Shown piece after piece: positions 19,059 to 28,629 of a stretch of DNA of 42,448 nucleotides. Positions within the stretch are counted from its first letter, which is position 1. Every line of letters begins with the position of its first letter. A program made the translations under genes and the position numbers. The notes under the pieces were generated by a model. It made no database searches and was not told the DNA's origin. It saw only the letters and a list, made by a program, of their open reading frames with translations. Origin of the DNA: Bacteroides sp. (GTDB taxonomy: Bacteria > Bacteroidota > Bacteroidia > Bacteroidales > Bacteroidaceae); the NCBI GenBank assembly GCA_041855645.1, contig JBHAEN010000055.1:1-42448 (forward strand), given 5' to 3'.

Positions 19059-20462
19059 ATGAAAAATATAATCAAAATAGGAATATTGACGCTGGCGGGC
19101 GCGGCCTCTCTTTGCTCGTGTACCGACTGGTTCGATGTAAGTCCGAAAACAGACCTGAAAGCCGAAGAGTTCTTCGCTAAGGAAGAGGGCTTTATGAGCG
19201 CACTTGCGGGCACATACAGGCTTATGGCCGGCGAGAATACGTATGCCGGTGAGCTGAGTTTCCACCTGATGGAACAATTGGTAAATTCGTATGATCGTCT
19301 TCCCGACGGAGCCAATAGCGCCGCCGAAGTGTACATATATACTGAAAACACCAAAACGTTTGAAACCAAAACGCGTTTGGCCGATGTGTGGTTGAATTCG
19401 TATGAGGTGATTGCCAATGCGAACAATCTGCTGAAGTGGTTGGACAGTAAAGGAGAAGAAGTGATTTTCGATAAAACAACGCGTGATATGATTCGCGGAG
19501 AGGCATTGGCCATCCGGGCTTATGTACACTTCGACCTGCTTCGTGGCTGGGGGCCCATTTACAGCACCAAGTCCGATAGCCTGAGCATCCCTTATCGGAA
19601 AGTCGCCGATAACTCCAAGCAACCCTTGTTGCCCGCAAAAAAGATAGTGGAACATGTTCTGGAAGACCTCACTCAAGCCGGGCAACTGTTGGGATATGAA
19701 AAAGGCACTTCGCTGTCGGGATCTTTGCGTCGTTATCGTTTCAATTACCATGCCGTCAATGCGACGATGGCGCGTGTCTACTGCTATATCGGCGATGAAA
19801 CGAACGCCGTACGGTATGCAAAAGAAGTAATTGCCGGTTGCGGACTCGACTTGCAGGTAAGCAATCAGGGCGACCCGATGTTGTTTGATGAAGTGCTTTG
19901 CGGCATGTCTCTGGAAAAAATGACGAGTGAACTTTCCACGAAGTTCTCCGAAGGGCCGAAGTTTGTCGAACACCTTTATTGTACGATTTCTACGCTGAAC
20001 GGCTTTTTCGGAATTACGGGGACGGAAACGGAAGACATCCGTGCCAAGTCGTCCGCGTTCTTGCGTTACAATGACCAAGACAAAGCCATCTCTTTGAAGT
20101 ACATAAAAAATGACGCGGAGATTATTCCCTTGATCCGTTTGCCGGAAATGTATTATATCCTGTGTGAAATGTCGCCGCTGAGCGAAGCACCTGCATACCT
20201 GAACAAAGTACGCAACCGCAGAGGATATTCATCTTCAAGCAACGTGCAGTTCAGCTCTCACGAACAGCGCGTTCAGGCATTGAGTATAGAGTATCGCAAA
20301 GAATTTTATGCCGAAGGCCAGTATTTCTATTTCCTGAAGAAAAATCAGATAAGGACTTTCCAAAACTGTCCCGTTTCCGCCATGACCGAAAAGCACTATG
20401 TCTTCCCGTTGCCCGATAACGAGAAAGAATACGGCTGGACATCGCCGGATGAGGAGCAGTAA
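19059..20462 (+). CDS. susD: SusD/RagB family nutrient-binding lipoprotein
   Basis: Lipobox LCSC-TDWFDV, GEALAIRAYVHFDLLR, IRLPEMYYI, EYRKEFYAEGQYFY and YVFPLP..E. Confidence 0.93.
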   Translation: MKNIIKIGILTLAGAASLCSCTDWFDVSPKTDLKAEEFFAKEEGFMSALAGTYRLMAGENTYAGELSFHLMEQLVNSYDRLPDGANSAAEVYIYTENTKTFETKTRLADVWLNSYEVIANANNLLKWLDSKGEEVIFDKTTRDMIRGEALAIRAYVHFDLLRGWGPIYSTKSDSLSIPYRKVADNSKQPLLPAKKIVEHVLEDLTQAGQLLGYEKGTSLSGSLRRYRFNYHAVNATMARVYCYIGDETNAVRYAKEVIAGCGLDLQVSNQGDPMLFDEVLCGMSLEKMTSELSTKFSEGPKFVEHLYCTISTLNGFFGITGTETEDIRAKSSAFLRYNDQDKAISLKYIKNDAEIIPLIRLPEMYYILCEMSPLSEAPAYLNKVRNRRGYSSSSNVQFSSHEQRVQALSIEYRKEFYAEGQYFYFLKKNQIRTFQNCPVSAMTEKHYVFPLPDNEKEYGWTSPDEEQ

Positions 20463-20496
20463 ACTAACGCAGAATAATCCATAAAAAACAAAAAGT

Positions 20497-21795
20497 ATGA
20501 AATACCTATATTATATGCTTACCGCTCTGTTGACCGGCTCATTATTGGCCGGATGCGAGCATCAGGAGCCGCCTTATTTCGATGCAGGAGCCAATGGAGC
20601 CTATTTCTATAATGGGAAAGATGGTCAGCAAGTGTCGGATACGATCAACTTCGCCGACTACGCTTCCGAGAATCCTTCGGAACTCATTGATACGTTGCAT
20701 ATCAAGTTGTTGGGTTATAAAGCCGACAGGGATCGCAAACTGGTTCTGAAGACCAGACCGATAACCGGTTACACACAGGCGGTGATTCAGCTTCCTGAAG
20801 TGATGATTCCGAAAGATTCGACTGCCCATAAAGTGCTTGTTCGGATACCGCGTCCGGAAAATACGGATGAAGTATACGGTATATGCATTTATCTGGATAC
20901 GGAAGATCCGGAAAGCGAATTGGGCATGGGAATTGCCGGATATGCCGAATATTCCCTTTTTGTAAAGGAGGTCTATCGCAAGCCCTCAGGATGGGATTAC
21001 TCTTACGGCATGTATCTGGGAGAATGGAATCCGGCCAAACATGTCTTTATGGCGCAGGTGCTGAAGAATAATAATTATGCCGATCCCGGAGATCCCAACA
21101 TCTGGTCGAATGCTCCCCAATACAACTTACGGGCCGTGGACTCACTGCGAACCTATCAACAAAATAATCCGGGTGCGAATGTCGAGATCAATATTCCCTT
21201 CCATCCGGATGTACGCTATTCCAAGCCGTTTTATTGGGGAGAGTTGCACGATCGTTATCTGGGCACTTACTCAAGGCGCACTTTTGTGACCATTTGCCGT
21301 TCGGCCGGAATCAACACCTCCAACGAAGTCGCGTCTTTGGCAGCAGAAGAAGCAAGGCTGAAAGAGATGAACAAACTTGGGGTGAAGGCCATGATGCAGG
21401 AGTATAACAAAATATTCTCCTGGCAGTATGCAGGGGCCGGCTATCGCTCTTATTGTTGGGTACCGATGTTCGAAGATATCGATTATGAAGTGATTCGTCC
21501 CGGTGCTTGGAGCAGATCTTCCACTTCCGCCTTGTTGCAGCGCTATTATGGCGAATATTCGGAGGAGAAATATAAATTCATGATCAAGACGTGGCTGAAA
21601 CACAAAGGTACGCAAGACTTCGTGCTGGTTCAGATGTTCCCTGTCAAATTCACTTGGGGAGATACGGATGAAGTCGGCATGTGGGACGACAGCATCAACG
21701 GCGAAGAGCAAATCAAGGAGTGTTACAGGGTGTTCAAGGCTGCCTACGATCAACTGACGGACGCGTCATTCACTTTTCCCGAAGTTAGTCTTTAA
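20497..21795 (+). CDS. DUF4843-like lipoprotein
   Basis: Lipobox LLAGC, an Ig-like N-terminal part, and the KP..W...Y.G.(W/Y)..K motif typical of DUF4843 proteins following susD. Confidence 0.7.
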   Translation: MKYLYYMLTALLTGSLLAGCEHQEPPYFDAGANGAYFYNGKDGQQVSDTINFADYASENPSELIDTLHIKLLGYKADRDRKLVLKTRPITGYTQAVIQLPEVMIPKDSTAHKVLVRIPRPENTDEVYGICIYLDTEDPESELGMGIAGYAEYSLFVKEVYRKPSGWDYSYGMYLGEWNPAKHVFMAQVLKNNNYADPGDPNIWSNAPQYNLRAVDSLRTYQQNNPGANVEINIPFHPDVRYSKPFYWGELHDRYLGTYSRRTFVTICRSAGINTSNEVASLAAEEARLKEMNKLGVKAMMQEYNKIFSWQYAGAGYRSYCWVPMFEDIDYEVIRPGAWSRSSTSALLQRYYGEYSEEKYKFMIKTWLKHKGTQDFVLVQMFPVKFTWGDTDEVGMWDDSINGEEQIKECYRVFKAAYDQLTDASFTFPEVSL

Positions 21796-21854
21796 CGGAT
21801 AGATTATCGCGGAAATGCGGCATGCCGCATTTATCATCAATGAAGAATACAATT

Positions 21855-23573
21855 ATGAAAAAGATACTATACATAACGGCAGTGGCGGGATTGCTTTCCG
21901 CTTGCTATGAAGATAAGGGAACGTACGATTATCATTTTGACGACGTTAACTACATCGAAGGCATTTCTTTCGTGCCCGAGGCTTTTAGCGGTATAAAAGG
22001 GCTGACTGTGGAGTTCCAACAGCCGCTTGACGAGGCTAAAACGGAACGTGTGGAAGTGCAGTTGGAACAATCGCTGTCCCGGAATTTCGATAATCTCGAT
22101 TTCTGGTGGGAACGGACTTATACGAAAGACGGCGAAAAAGTTAAAGATACCTTGGAAACAAAAGGCTATTTGGACGTGGAACTGGCTCCCGGTAAAGATA
22201 CGGAATATAAAGTCCGTCTGAGGGTGAGAGATCGCGTTTCTTCTCTGGCCAGATACGTTAATTTTACGATCAGCACCCGTCCCATCTTCAGAAACAGCCT
22301 TTTTGTGCTACACGGCAATAGCGGCGGGGCAATGCAACTGGGCAATGTGGAATTCGTGGGGGACAAAACGGTGATACGCATGGATGCCTTGAAAGCCGTG
22401 CAACCGGACGCTCCCAATGCCTTTGCCGATGCCGTCGGCCTGGGTTACAACGCATATTATGATCTGAAGAAAGGGGCTTCCGAAAACTTCTGCGCTTTCC
22501 GTGCGGACGGACAGGCCGAACTGTATAGCCCATTCGGCCTTAAACTGAAGAAGCCGGTCGGTTATGTGATGCCGTACGCTGAGACTCCTTTCATCTACAA
22601 GCAGATGATGTTTGCCGGCGATGCTTCTTCTTCTACGGATTATATGTGCATGCTTTCTCAAGACGGACGTTTTTACATTTCCAGAACCTTTTTGTGCTTC
22701 CATGCTCCCGCGGGCGTGGCTGATTCGAATACCGACTATGAAGTGCGTGCGGCTACGATATCGAGCAGCAGTTATGTCGGGTGGGACGAACGTCATAATC
22801 GTTTCCTGCATTTATCGAAAGGCGATGATTACGGCTGGAATGAAGATATGGGACGCTCCGCCACCATGTCTCAGCAGATTTATGATGCTCATGTAGATCT
22901 CAGCGCATTGACGGCCGATCTGCATCCGGCGAATAAGGATGCGGTATATGCCTACATACAATACCGGGAAAATTACGACGACGCACATCCTTTCTTCATT
23001 TTCAAGGATACCGATGCCAATCGCTATTATGTCTATGAACTGACTCCTGCCGCAGGCGGTAAGGATGACAAGAAGAGTGGGCTTGCCCCGATTCTTCGTA
23101 CACGCGGAGACGACAAGGGAGAGGATGAAGATTTGTCCGACGGTCAGCCCGCATTCTCGATTTCAGGGAAGGTGTTGAGACGTTTCCAGCCGGGCAATTT
23201 GTCCGCCATTCTGTATAATTCATGGTTCACCACGAATTATCTTTTCTATGCCGACGGCAATACGGTGTATCGTTACAATACGGCCGACGGCGATAAAGTA
23301 GTCCTTTATACGGCTCCTGACGGATATACGGTTTCGACCATGAAGTTCCGCACTGAAGACGCCGCCCGATTCGCGGGCGATTTGGGGCGTTACCTCATGA
23401 TCGGCATGAATAAGGATAATGAAGGAGCCGTGGCCGAGGTGAAGCTGACGACTTCGGCCGACTTGGATGAAGAGTTTGCGCCCACATTTTATAATCAGGA
23501 TTCCGAAGGCAATAAATTCGGCCGGATTAAAGACCTCGTTTTCGCTCGTGAATATTTATATCAGAAAAACTAA
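21855..23573 (+). CDS. PKD-like family lipoprotein (probable C-terminal beta-propeller)
   Basis: LSAC-YEDKGTYDY start is characteristic of Bacteroidetes PKD-like lipoproteins; LFYADGNTVYRYN. ATG at 21855 preferred. Confidence 0.75.
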   Translation: MKKILYITAVAGLLSACYEDKGTYDYHFDDVNYIEGISFVPEAFSGIKGLTVEFQQPLDEAKTERVEVQLEQSLSRNFDNLDFWWERTYTKDGEKVKDTLETKGYLDVELAPGKDTEYKVRLRVRDRVSSLARYVNFTISTRPIFRNSLFVLHGNSGGAMQLGNVEFVGDKTVIRMDALKAVQPDAPNAFADAVGLGYNAYYDLKKGASENFCAFRADGQAELYSPFGLKLKKPVGYVMPYAETPFIYKQMMFAGDASSSTDYMCMLSQDGRFYISRTFLCFHAPAGVADSNTDYEVRAATISSSSYVGWDERHNRFLHLSKGDDYGWNEDMGRSATMSQQIYDAHVDLSALTADLHPANKDAVYAYIQYRENYDDAHPFFIFKDTDANRYYVYELTPAAGGKDDKKSGLAPILRTRGDDKGEDEDLSDGQPAFSISGKVLRRFQPGNLSAILYNSWFTTNYLFYADGNTVYRYNTADGDKVVLYTAPDGYTVSTMKFRTEDAARFAGDLGRYLMIGMNKDNEGAVAEVKLTTSADLDEEFAPTFYNQDSEGNKFGRIKDLVFAREYLYQKN

Positions 23574-23579
23574 ACGCTT

Positions 23580-24677
23580 ATGAGAAAAAGAATGATAAGC
23601 ATTTTGCTTGCGGCGGGGGCAATGGCCTCGCTGCAAGCTCAGCAACAGGTGTCGGTGCGCGGCCGTATCGAAGGCTTGGAGTCGGGAAGGCTCTATCTGT
23701 TGGCCGAAGCGGGAGATCAGCAGGTGGATACGTTGGGGTTCGCTGATTTCCAATCGCCCGATTTTCTGTTGAAAGGTTCTCTGAAAGAACCCTCCGTCGC
23801 TCGAATCATCGTAGCGGGTTATCAGGGCGGATTTGTTTTTCTGGCCGAACCCGGCGGACAATACGAAGCTCTACTCACCAATACCGATGAGGCTTATGTC
23901 CGTGGAGGAAACTTGCAGGATGAGTGGAGGGCTTATGAACGGCAAATAGGCGAAAGGCTCAGGCGGAAAGCCGACTACCGGAAACGTGCTGAAGAGCTGC
24001 GCGCTCAAAACAAGTTTCGCAGCGCCAGTTTGCTCAATGATTCCATTGCGGGGTTAGACCGCCTTATTCAGCAGGAGAAGGAAAGTTTTCTTTCGCGGCA
24101 CGACGATCTGATTGCGGCATATATGGCACAACTCTTCACCCTTTCCGCGGATGCCGGTTTGCAGGAGAGTGTACGGCTGTATGGAGAATTGGGAGAAGGA
24201 GCCAAAAATACGCCGGCGGGACGCATGTTGAAGACCCGTATCGAACGCATGGAGAAAACCGCGGCAGGACGTATCGCTCCCGACTTTACCCTGCAAGATC
24301 CGGAAGGACACGATGTGACGCTCAGCAAGGTGCGCGCCAAAATAAAACTGATCGATTTCTGGGCGTCGTGGTGCGGTCCCTGCCGCTTAAGCATGCCTAA
24401 ATTGAAGCAGCTTTATGAAGAATATCGCGAAAAAGGTCTTGAAATCATCGGCATTTCGCTCGACGGGAAGAAAGACCGATGGGTTGATGCCGTGCAAAAG
24501 GAAAATCTGCCGTGGATCAACGTCTCTTCACTGAAGGCTTGGGCGTGCGACGTTGCCCGCCAATATAACGTAAGGGCTATTCCCGCCATTTTCGTGTTGG
24601 ATGAAAATAACCGGATCATAGCTTCGGATTTGCGCGGTGATAAGCTCGGCGAGTTTCTGAAAGAACGTTTGAAATAA
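23580..24677 (+). CDS. TlpA-like thiol:disulfide oxidoreductase (DUF4369 + AhpC/TSA-type thioredoxin domain)
   Basis: Signal peptide, APDFTLQDPEG, IDFWASWCGPCR and cis-Pro loop VRAIP. Confidence 0.92.
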   Translation: MRKRMISILLAAGAMASLQAQQQVSVRGRIEGLESGRLYLLAEAGDQQVDTLGFADFQSPDFLLKGSLKEPSVARIIVAGYQGGFVFLAEPGGQYEALLTNTDEAYVRGGNLQDEWRAYERQIGERLRRKADYRKRAEELRAQNKFRSASLLNDSIAGLDRLIQQEKESFLSRHDDLIAAYMAQLFTLSADAGLQESVRLYGELGEGAKNTPAGRMLKTRIERMEKTAAGRIAPDFTLQDPEGHDVTLSKVRAKIKLIDFWASWCGPCRLSMPKLKQLYEEYREKGLEIIGISLDGKKDRWVDAVQKENLPWINVSSLKAWACDVARQYNVRAIPAIFVLDENNRIIASDLRGDKLGEFLKERLK

Positions 24678-24724
24678 AATAGCCAAAGGCATGTCATAAA
24701 GAAAACAATAAACAAAAACACCAG

Positions 24725-25882
24725 ATGAAAAAAATACTTTTGTTGATTTGCAGCACCCTGTTTATATGGCAAGGGTGGGCACAAAAAGACAATAATGCGT
24801 ATGTGATCACGGGTGAAATGACTCGCGACTCTCTGCGTTTTACGTCTAAGGCGATAGATAAACTTTACCTCACCACTTACGTCGACGGGCAAGAAGTCAA
24901 GTTGGATTCCGCCAAGGTTAAAAACAAGCGTTTCCGTTTCGAGGGAAAAGCTCCCGTCGTACTCGGAGCCTATTTTATCACCGGATTCGATAACGGAAGC
25001 GTACAGTTCTTTTTGGAACCGGGTACGATTAAGGTAAGACCTTTCGACGCTCATTTCCCCGTTTCGGCCATTGTGGAAGGAACACCCAACAACAATGTGC
25101 TGGCCGGATATCAGGAATTGATCGGCCGTCGCGTGAAGGAAAGCCGGGATCAACACCACGACAAATTGTCGGCGGAACCGGTTGATGAGAAACTGAGCAC
25201 GCTTTATCAGAATTCCGTTTTCTTTTCAAACACGCTTTACACGAAAACCGAAGTCATCAAATACGTGCGGAAGCACTTGAATTTTCCGGCCGCACTTTAT
25301 TTGATGAGGTATGACCTGTACGACATGTTCACGCCCAAAGTGGTCGAGAGGCAGCTGTTGCGTTCCGTTCCCGCTCATCTGCACAGTCATCCGCTCTATC
25401 GCGAAATGTCCAATCTGGTCAAGGCGGCCAACCTGAAAGTGGGCGCAGTTGCACCCGACATCGAGGGGAAAACGCCCGAAGGAAAAACGCTCAGCCTGTC
25501 GGATTTGAAAGGGAAGTATGTGTTGCTCGACTTCTGGGCTTCGTGGTGCGGTCCGTGCCGTCGCGAGTTTCCTTTCTTGCAGCAAGCCATGAAAGTCTCC
25601 GAAGCACACGACAATTTTGTGATACTGAGCTACTCCATCGACAACAAAGCCGCGGACTGGGTTTCCTGCATCGAAAAGAACAACCTGAAACACAAGAACT
25701 GGATTCACATCTCCACGCTGAAAGGTTGGCATTCCGATGCCGTAAAACTGTTTGCCGTCAAAGGAGTTCCGCACACTGTGCTGCTGAATCCGAGCGGGCA
25801 AGTCGTGGCATTCGACCTGAGAGGAGAGGAAATGCTCTCCAAAGTAACCCGTATCATGGAGGGAACAGAAAGTTATGAATAA
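24725..25882 (+). CDS. TlpA-like thiol:disulfide oxidoreductase
   Basis: Signal peptide, LDFWASWCGPCR and VKGVP. Confidence 0.92.
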   Translation: MKKILLLICSTLFIWQGWAQKDNNAYVITGEMTRDSLRFTSKAIDKLYLTTYVDGQEVKLDSAKVKNKRFRFEGKAPVVLGAYFITGFDNGSVQFFLEPGTIKVRPFDAHFPVSAIVEGTPNNNVLAGYQELIGRRVKESRDQHHDKLSAEPVDEKLSTLYQNSVFFSNTLYTKTEVIKYVRKHLNFPAALYLMRYDLYDMFTPKVVERQLLRSVPAHLHSHPLYREMSNLVKAANLKVGAVAPDIEGKTPEGKTLSLSDLKGKYVLLDFWASWCGPCRREFPFLQQAMKVSEAHDNFVILSYSIDNKAADWVSCIEKNNLKHKNWIHISTLKGWHSDAVKLFAVKGVPHTVLLNPSGQVVAFDLRGEEMLSKVTRIMEGTESYE

Positions 25883-27083
25883 AGAATCCGTAAAAAGAAG
25901 AAAAATGTTACGCAGAATAAGTTTGATCATTGCCGGTTTGCTGGTTGTCGGATCCATGCAGGCCCAGGGCGTATGTACCATTAACGGAACCGTGAGGAAA
26001 GACTCGCTTCGCTTCACACCGAAACGCATGGATAAAGTCTACCTCAGCAAGATGGACGAATATGAACGTATTATTGCCGTCGATTCGGTGATGTTGCGCG
26101 ACGGAAAGTTCAGCTTCAGTTATCCGGTGGATAAGGACGCGCCCGTTTTGCTCTATTTCATCACCGGTTTCGACAACGGGCAGGTTCCCGTATTCGTGGA
26201 ACCCGGAACCGTGGAAATCCACATCAAAGAGGCCGCTTTCCCGGGCGGAGCCGAAGTGAGAGGCACGGTCACCAACGAACTGTATGCCGAGTACGAAAAG
26301 ATCGGGCAGCGTTGCGTGCAGGCTCAGAGCGATTCGGTGAAGTATTTATTGAAGACGAAAGGCAACGAATGGATCGATTCGCCCGAAGGTATCGGCGAAC
26401 GCAACCGCATCGGAGCGAGTGAGTTGCTTGAGTGCATAGCCGATAGAATCCAATTCCTGATCAAGCACAACGACTCGCCGTTGGCTGCCCTTATGATGGA
26501 GCGCGAAGTGGCTTATATGCTGGATAAACGATATGCCGAACGACTGCTGAAATCGCTTTCTCCCAAACTGAGAAACCATCCTTACTACAAATCGTTCTAC
26601 AACTCCGTGCGTGCGCAGGATTTGAGGGTGGGAGGCGATTTGCCCGACATCAGGATTCCGCTGCTCAATGGCGAAACGGCTTCTCTGAGCGATTATCGCG
26701 GCAAGTTTGTGCTGCTCGACTTCTGGGCGTCATGGTGTGCGCCGTGTCTGAAAGAAATCCCCAATCTGATTGCACTCTACAACGAGGCCAAGGAGAAGAA
26801 CGCCGACTTTGTGATAGTGAGCTTTTCGCTCGATAATAAAGAGAAGGCATGGAAAGACGCCATCAAGTCCAAAGGCATCGATTTGCCCGGTTGGGTACAC
26901 GGCTCCGATTTGTTCGGCTGGGGATCACCTGCCGCCCGTTTGATGGGAGTGACGGCCATACCTAAAATTATTCTGATCGATCCGGAGGGCAAGGCCATTT
27001 CTTTCTCGTTGAGAGGAGAAGAACTGACCACCCGTGTTCGTCAGATACTGAACGGCGATTTATATTACAAAAACGAGCAGTAA
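25875..27083 (+). CDS. TlpA-like thiol:disulfide oxidoreductase
   Basis: LDFWASWCAPCL and VTAIP. Alternative start at ATG 25905. Confidence 0.92.
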   Translation: MNKESVKRRKMLRRISLIIAGLLVVGSMQAQGVCTINGTVRKDSLRFTPKRMDKVYLSKMDEYERIIAVDSVMLRDGKFSFSYPVDKDAPVLLYFITGFDNGQVPVFVEPGTVEIHIKEAAFPGGAEVRGTVTNELYAEYEKIGQRCVQAQSDSVKYLLKTKGNEWIDSPEGIGERNRIGASELLECIADRIQFLIKHNDSPLAALMMEREVAYMLDKRYAERLLKSLSPKLRNHPYYKSFYNSVRAQDLRVGGDLPDIRIPLLNGETASLSDYRGKFVLLDFWASWCAPCLKEIPNLIALYNEAKEKNADFVIVSFSLDNKEKAWKDAIKSKGIDLPGWVHGSDLFGWGSPAARLMGVTAIPKIILIDPEGKAISFSLRGEELTTRVRQILNGDLYYKNEQ

Positions 27084-27118
27084 GCGAATACTGAGCGAAA
27101 GGCTTACGGCCTGCATAT

Positions 27119-27171
27119 CCGCTTGTTTTCTCCCGCGTTGCGTGCGGAACGAGAAAGCAGGCGGTTTTTTT
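27119..27171 (+). terminator. Intrinsic terminator closing the SusC-TlpA operon
   Basis: CCGCTTGTTTTCTC (27119-27132) pairs with GAGAAAGCAGGCGG (27151-27164) using G-U pairs, followed by T7. Confidence 0.75.
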
Positions 27172-27223
27172 ATGATTAGCGTTTCGATTTTTTGACATGC
27201 TTTTCCCCGGCGCGATAACCTTT

Positions 27224-27324
27224 CGCAATTCACGCGTCAACTGCACGTGTTCAACGTCTGAAATGCGTGTGTCCAACGTCCGAAACACGCGCAGTTGACG
27301 CGTGAATTGCGCGTGATTCGGAAA
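27224..27324. repeat. Palindromic intergenic element (REP/MITE-like), copy 2
   Basis: 28-bp inverted repeat at 27224-27251/27284-27311 (27/28). Shares TGCACGTGTTCAAnnTCTGAAATGC and the end GCGCGyGATTCGGAAA with the 8041-8154 element. Confidence 0.8.
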
Positions 27325-27506
27325 GTGCCTTCCCAAGGGAGCTGAGAGAGGTTCGAAAATCCGGCCGATTTCGGAATCGGCATCGAAAAGAATGTTGAAA
27401 TAACTTTACAGTTTTTGAAAACGTAAGGCATTTAGCAAAGCTGCCAAATGGTTCCGGCCGTGGAGAGTGCGATAAAATGGAAATTCCTCTCTCTCCGGGC
27501 GGCAGG

Positions 27507-28532
27507 CTAAAGGCCGGAGGCCAACTGCTCTATTTCCCGGTCGGTCGTGCCCCAGTCGGTTACGAAGCGCACGGGCGTCTCTACGGTTCCCATGGGTCCC
27601 CAAAGTTCGAATGTGGCTATTTTTCTCAGCCTCCCGATTTCTTCGTTGGGCAACGTGAAAAACTGCTGATTGGTGAATGAGTCGATGTAGGGCTTATACC
27701 CTTTGGAGATGAATGCCTCTTTGAGTTTTAAGGCTTGGTGCACGGCATGGCGCGATATTTCAAGATAAAGTCCGTCGGTGAAGAGAGTCTCGAATTGGAT
27801 GCCGCAAAGCCGTCCTTTGGCAAGCAGTGCCCCATGCCGCTTTACAAGGGTAAAGAGATGCTTTACGCGACTGCGGTCGGTCACTACGGCGGCTTCGCCG
27901 AAGAGTGCGCCGACTTTGGTTCCTCCGATGTAGAAGGCGTCGCACAGCCTTGCTATATCGGCAAGAGTCATGTCGCTTTTCGGAGAAGCCAGTCCGTAAC
28001 CCAGACGTGCGCCGTCGAGGTAGAGTGGGATGCCGTTCCGGCGGCAGACGTCGCTCAAAGCCGTCAGTTCGGCGCGACTGTAGAGTGTGCCCAGTTCGGT
28101 GGGGTGCGTGATGTAGACCATGCCGGGCGCCACCATGTGCCGGAACGTGTCGTCGAGATAGAACTGCCTTATATAGTCTTCCACAACCTCCGCGCTGAGC
28201 TTGCCGTCAACGGAAGGCAGCGTGAGCACTTTATGGCCGGAGGCTTCGATGGCACCGGCTTCATGAACATTGATATGGGCCGTCTCGGCGGCGAGCACTC
28301 CTTCGTGACGGGCGAGCAGCGCGTCGATTATTACAGCGTTGGTCTGCGTTCCGCCCGCAAGGAAATGAATTTCCGCATCATGGAGGCCGCAGCAATCGAG
28401 TATAAGCTTTCGTGCACGAGCCGAATAAGGGTCAAGTCCGTACCCGGAAGTCATTTCGAGGTTTGTCTCTGCGAGGCGTCGCATAATTTGCGGATGGGCT
28501 CCTCGCATGTAATCGCTGTCAAAATGTAGCAT
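27507..28532 (-). CDS. ltaE: Low-specificity L-threonine aldolase (PLP-dependent)
   Basis: FDSDY..GAHP, GGTQTN, HINVHEAGAIE, LYLDGARLGY and the PLP lysine in YIGGTKVGALFGEA. ATG at 28532 preferred. Confidence 0.9.
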   Translation of the reverse strand: MLHFDSDYMRGAHPQIMRRLAETNLEMTSGYGLDPYSARARKLILDCCGLHDAEIHFLAGGTQTNAVIIDALLARHEGVLAAETAHINVHEAGAIEASGHKVLTLPSVDGKLSAEVVEDYIRQFYLDDTFRHMVAPGMVYITHPTELGTLYSRAELTALSDVCRRNGIPLYLDGARLGYGLASPKSDMTLADIARLCDAFYIGGTKVGALFGEAAVVTDRSRVKHLFTLVKRHGALLAKGRLCGIQFETLFTDGLYLEISRHAVHQALKLKEAFISKGYKPYIDSFTNQQFFTLPNEEIGRLRKIATFELWGPMGTVETPVRFVTDWGTTDREIEQLASGL

Positions 28533-28587
28533 GTCAATCGTCGTTTTATCTCTCAATCCGTTTCGGGAAAAGGTGATTTATACTTCG

Positions 28588-28595
28588 CAAAGGTA
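28588..28595 (-). promoter_or_regulatory. -7 promoter box (TACCTTTG) for ltaE
   Basis: CAAAGGTA on +, about 55 bp upstream of the ltaE ATG. Confidence 0.55.
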
Positions 28596-28629
28596 ATGAA
28601 ATTCAGCAAGCGGGCTATGCTTTCGTTGG

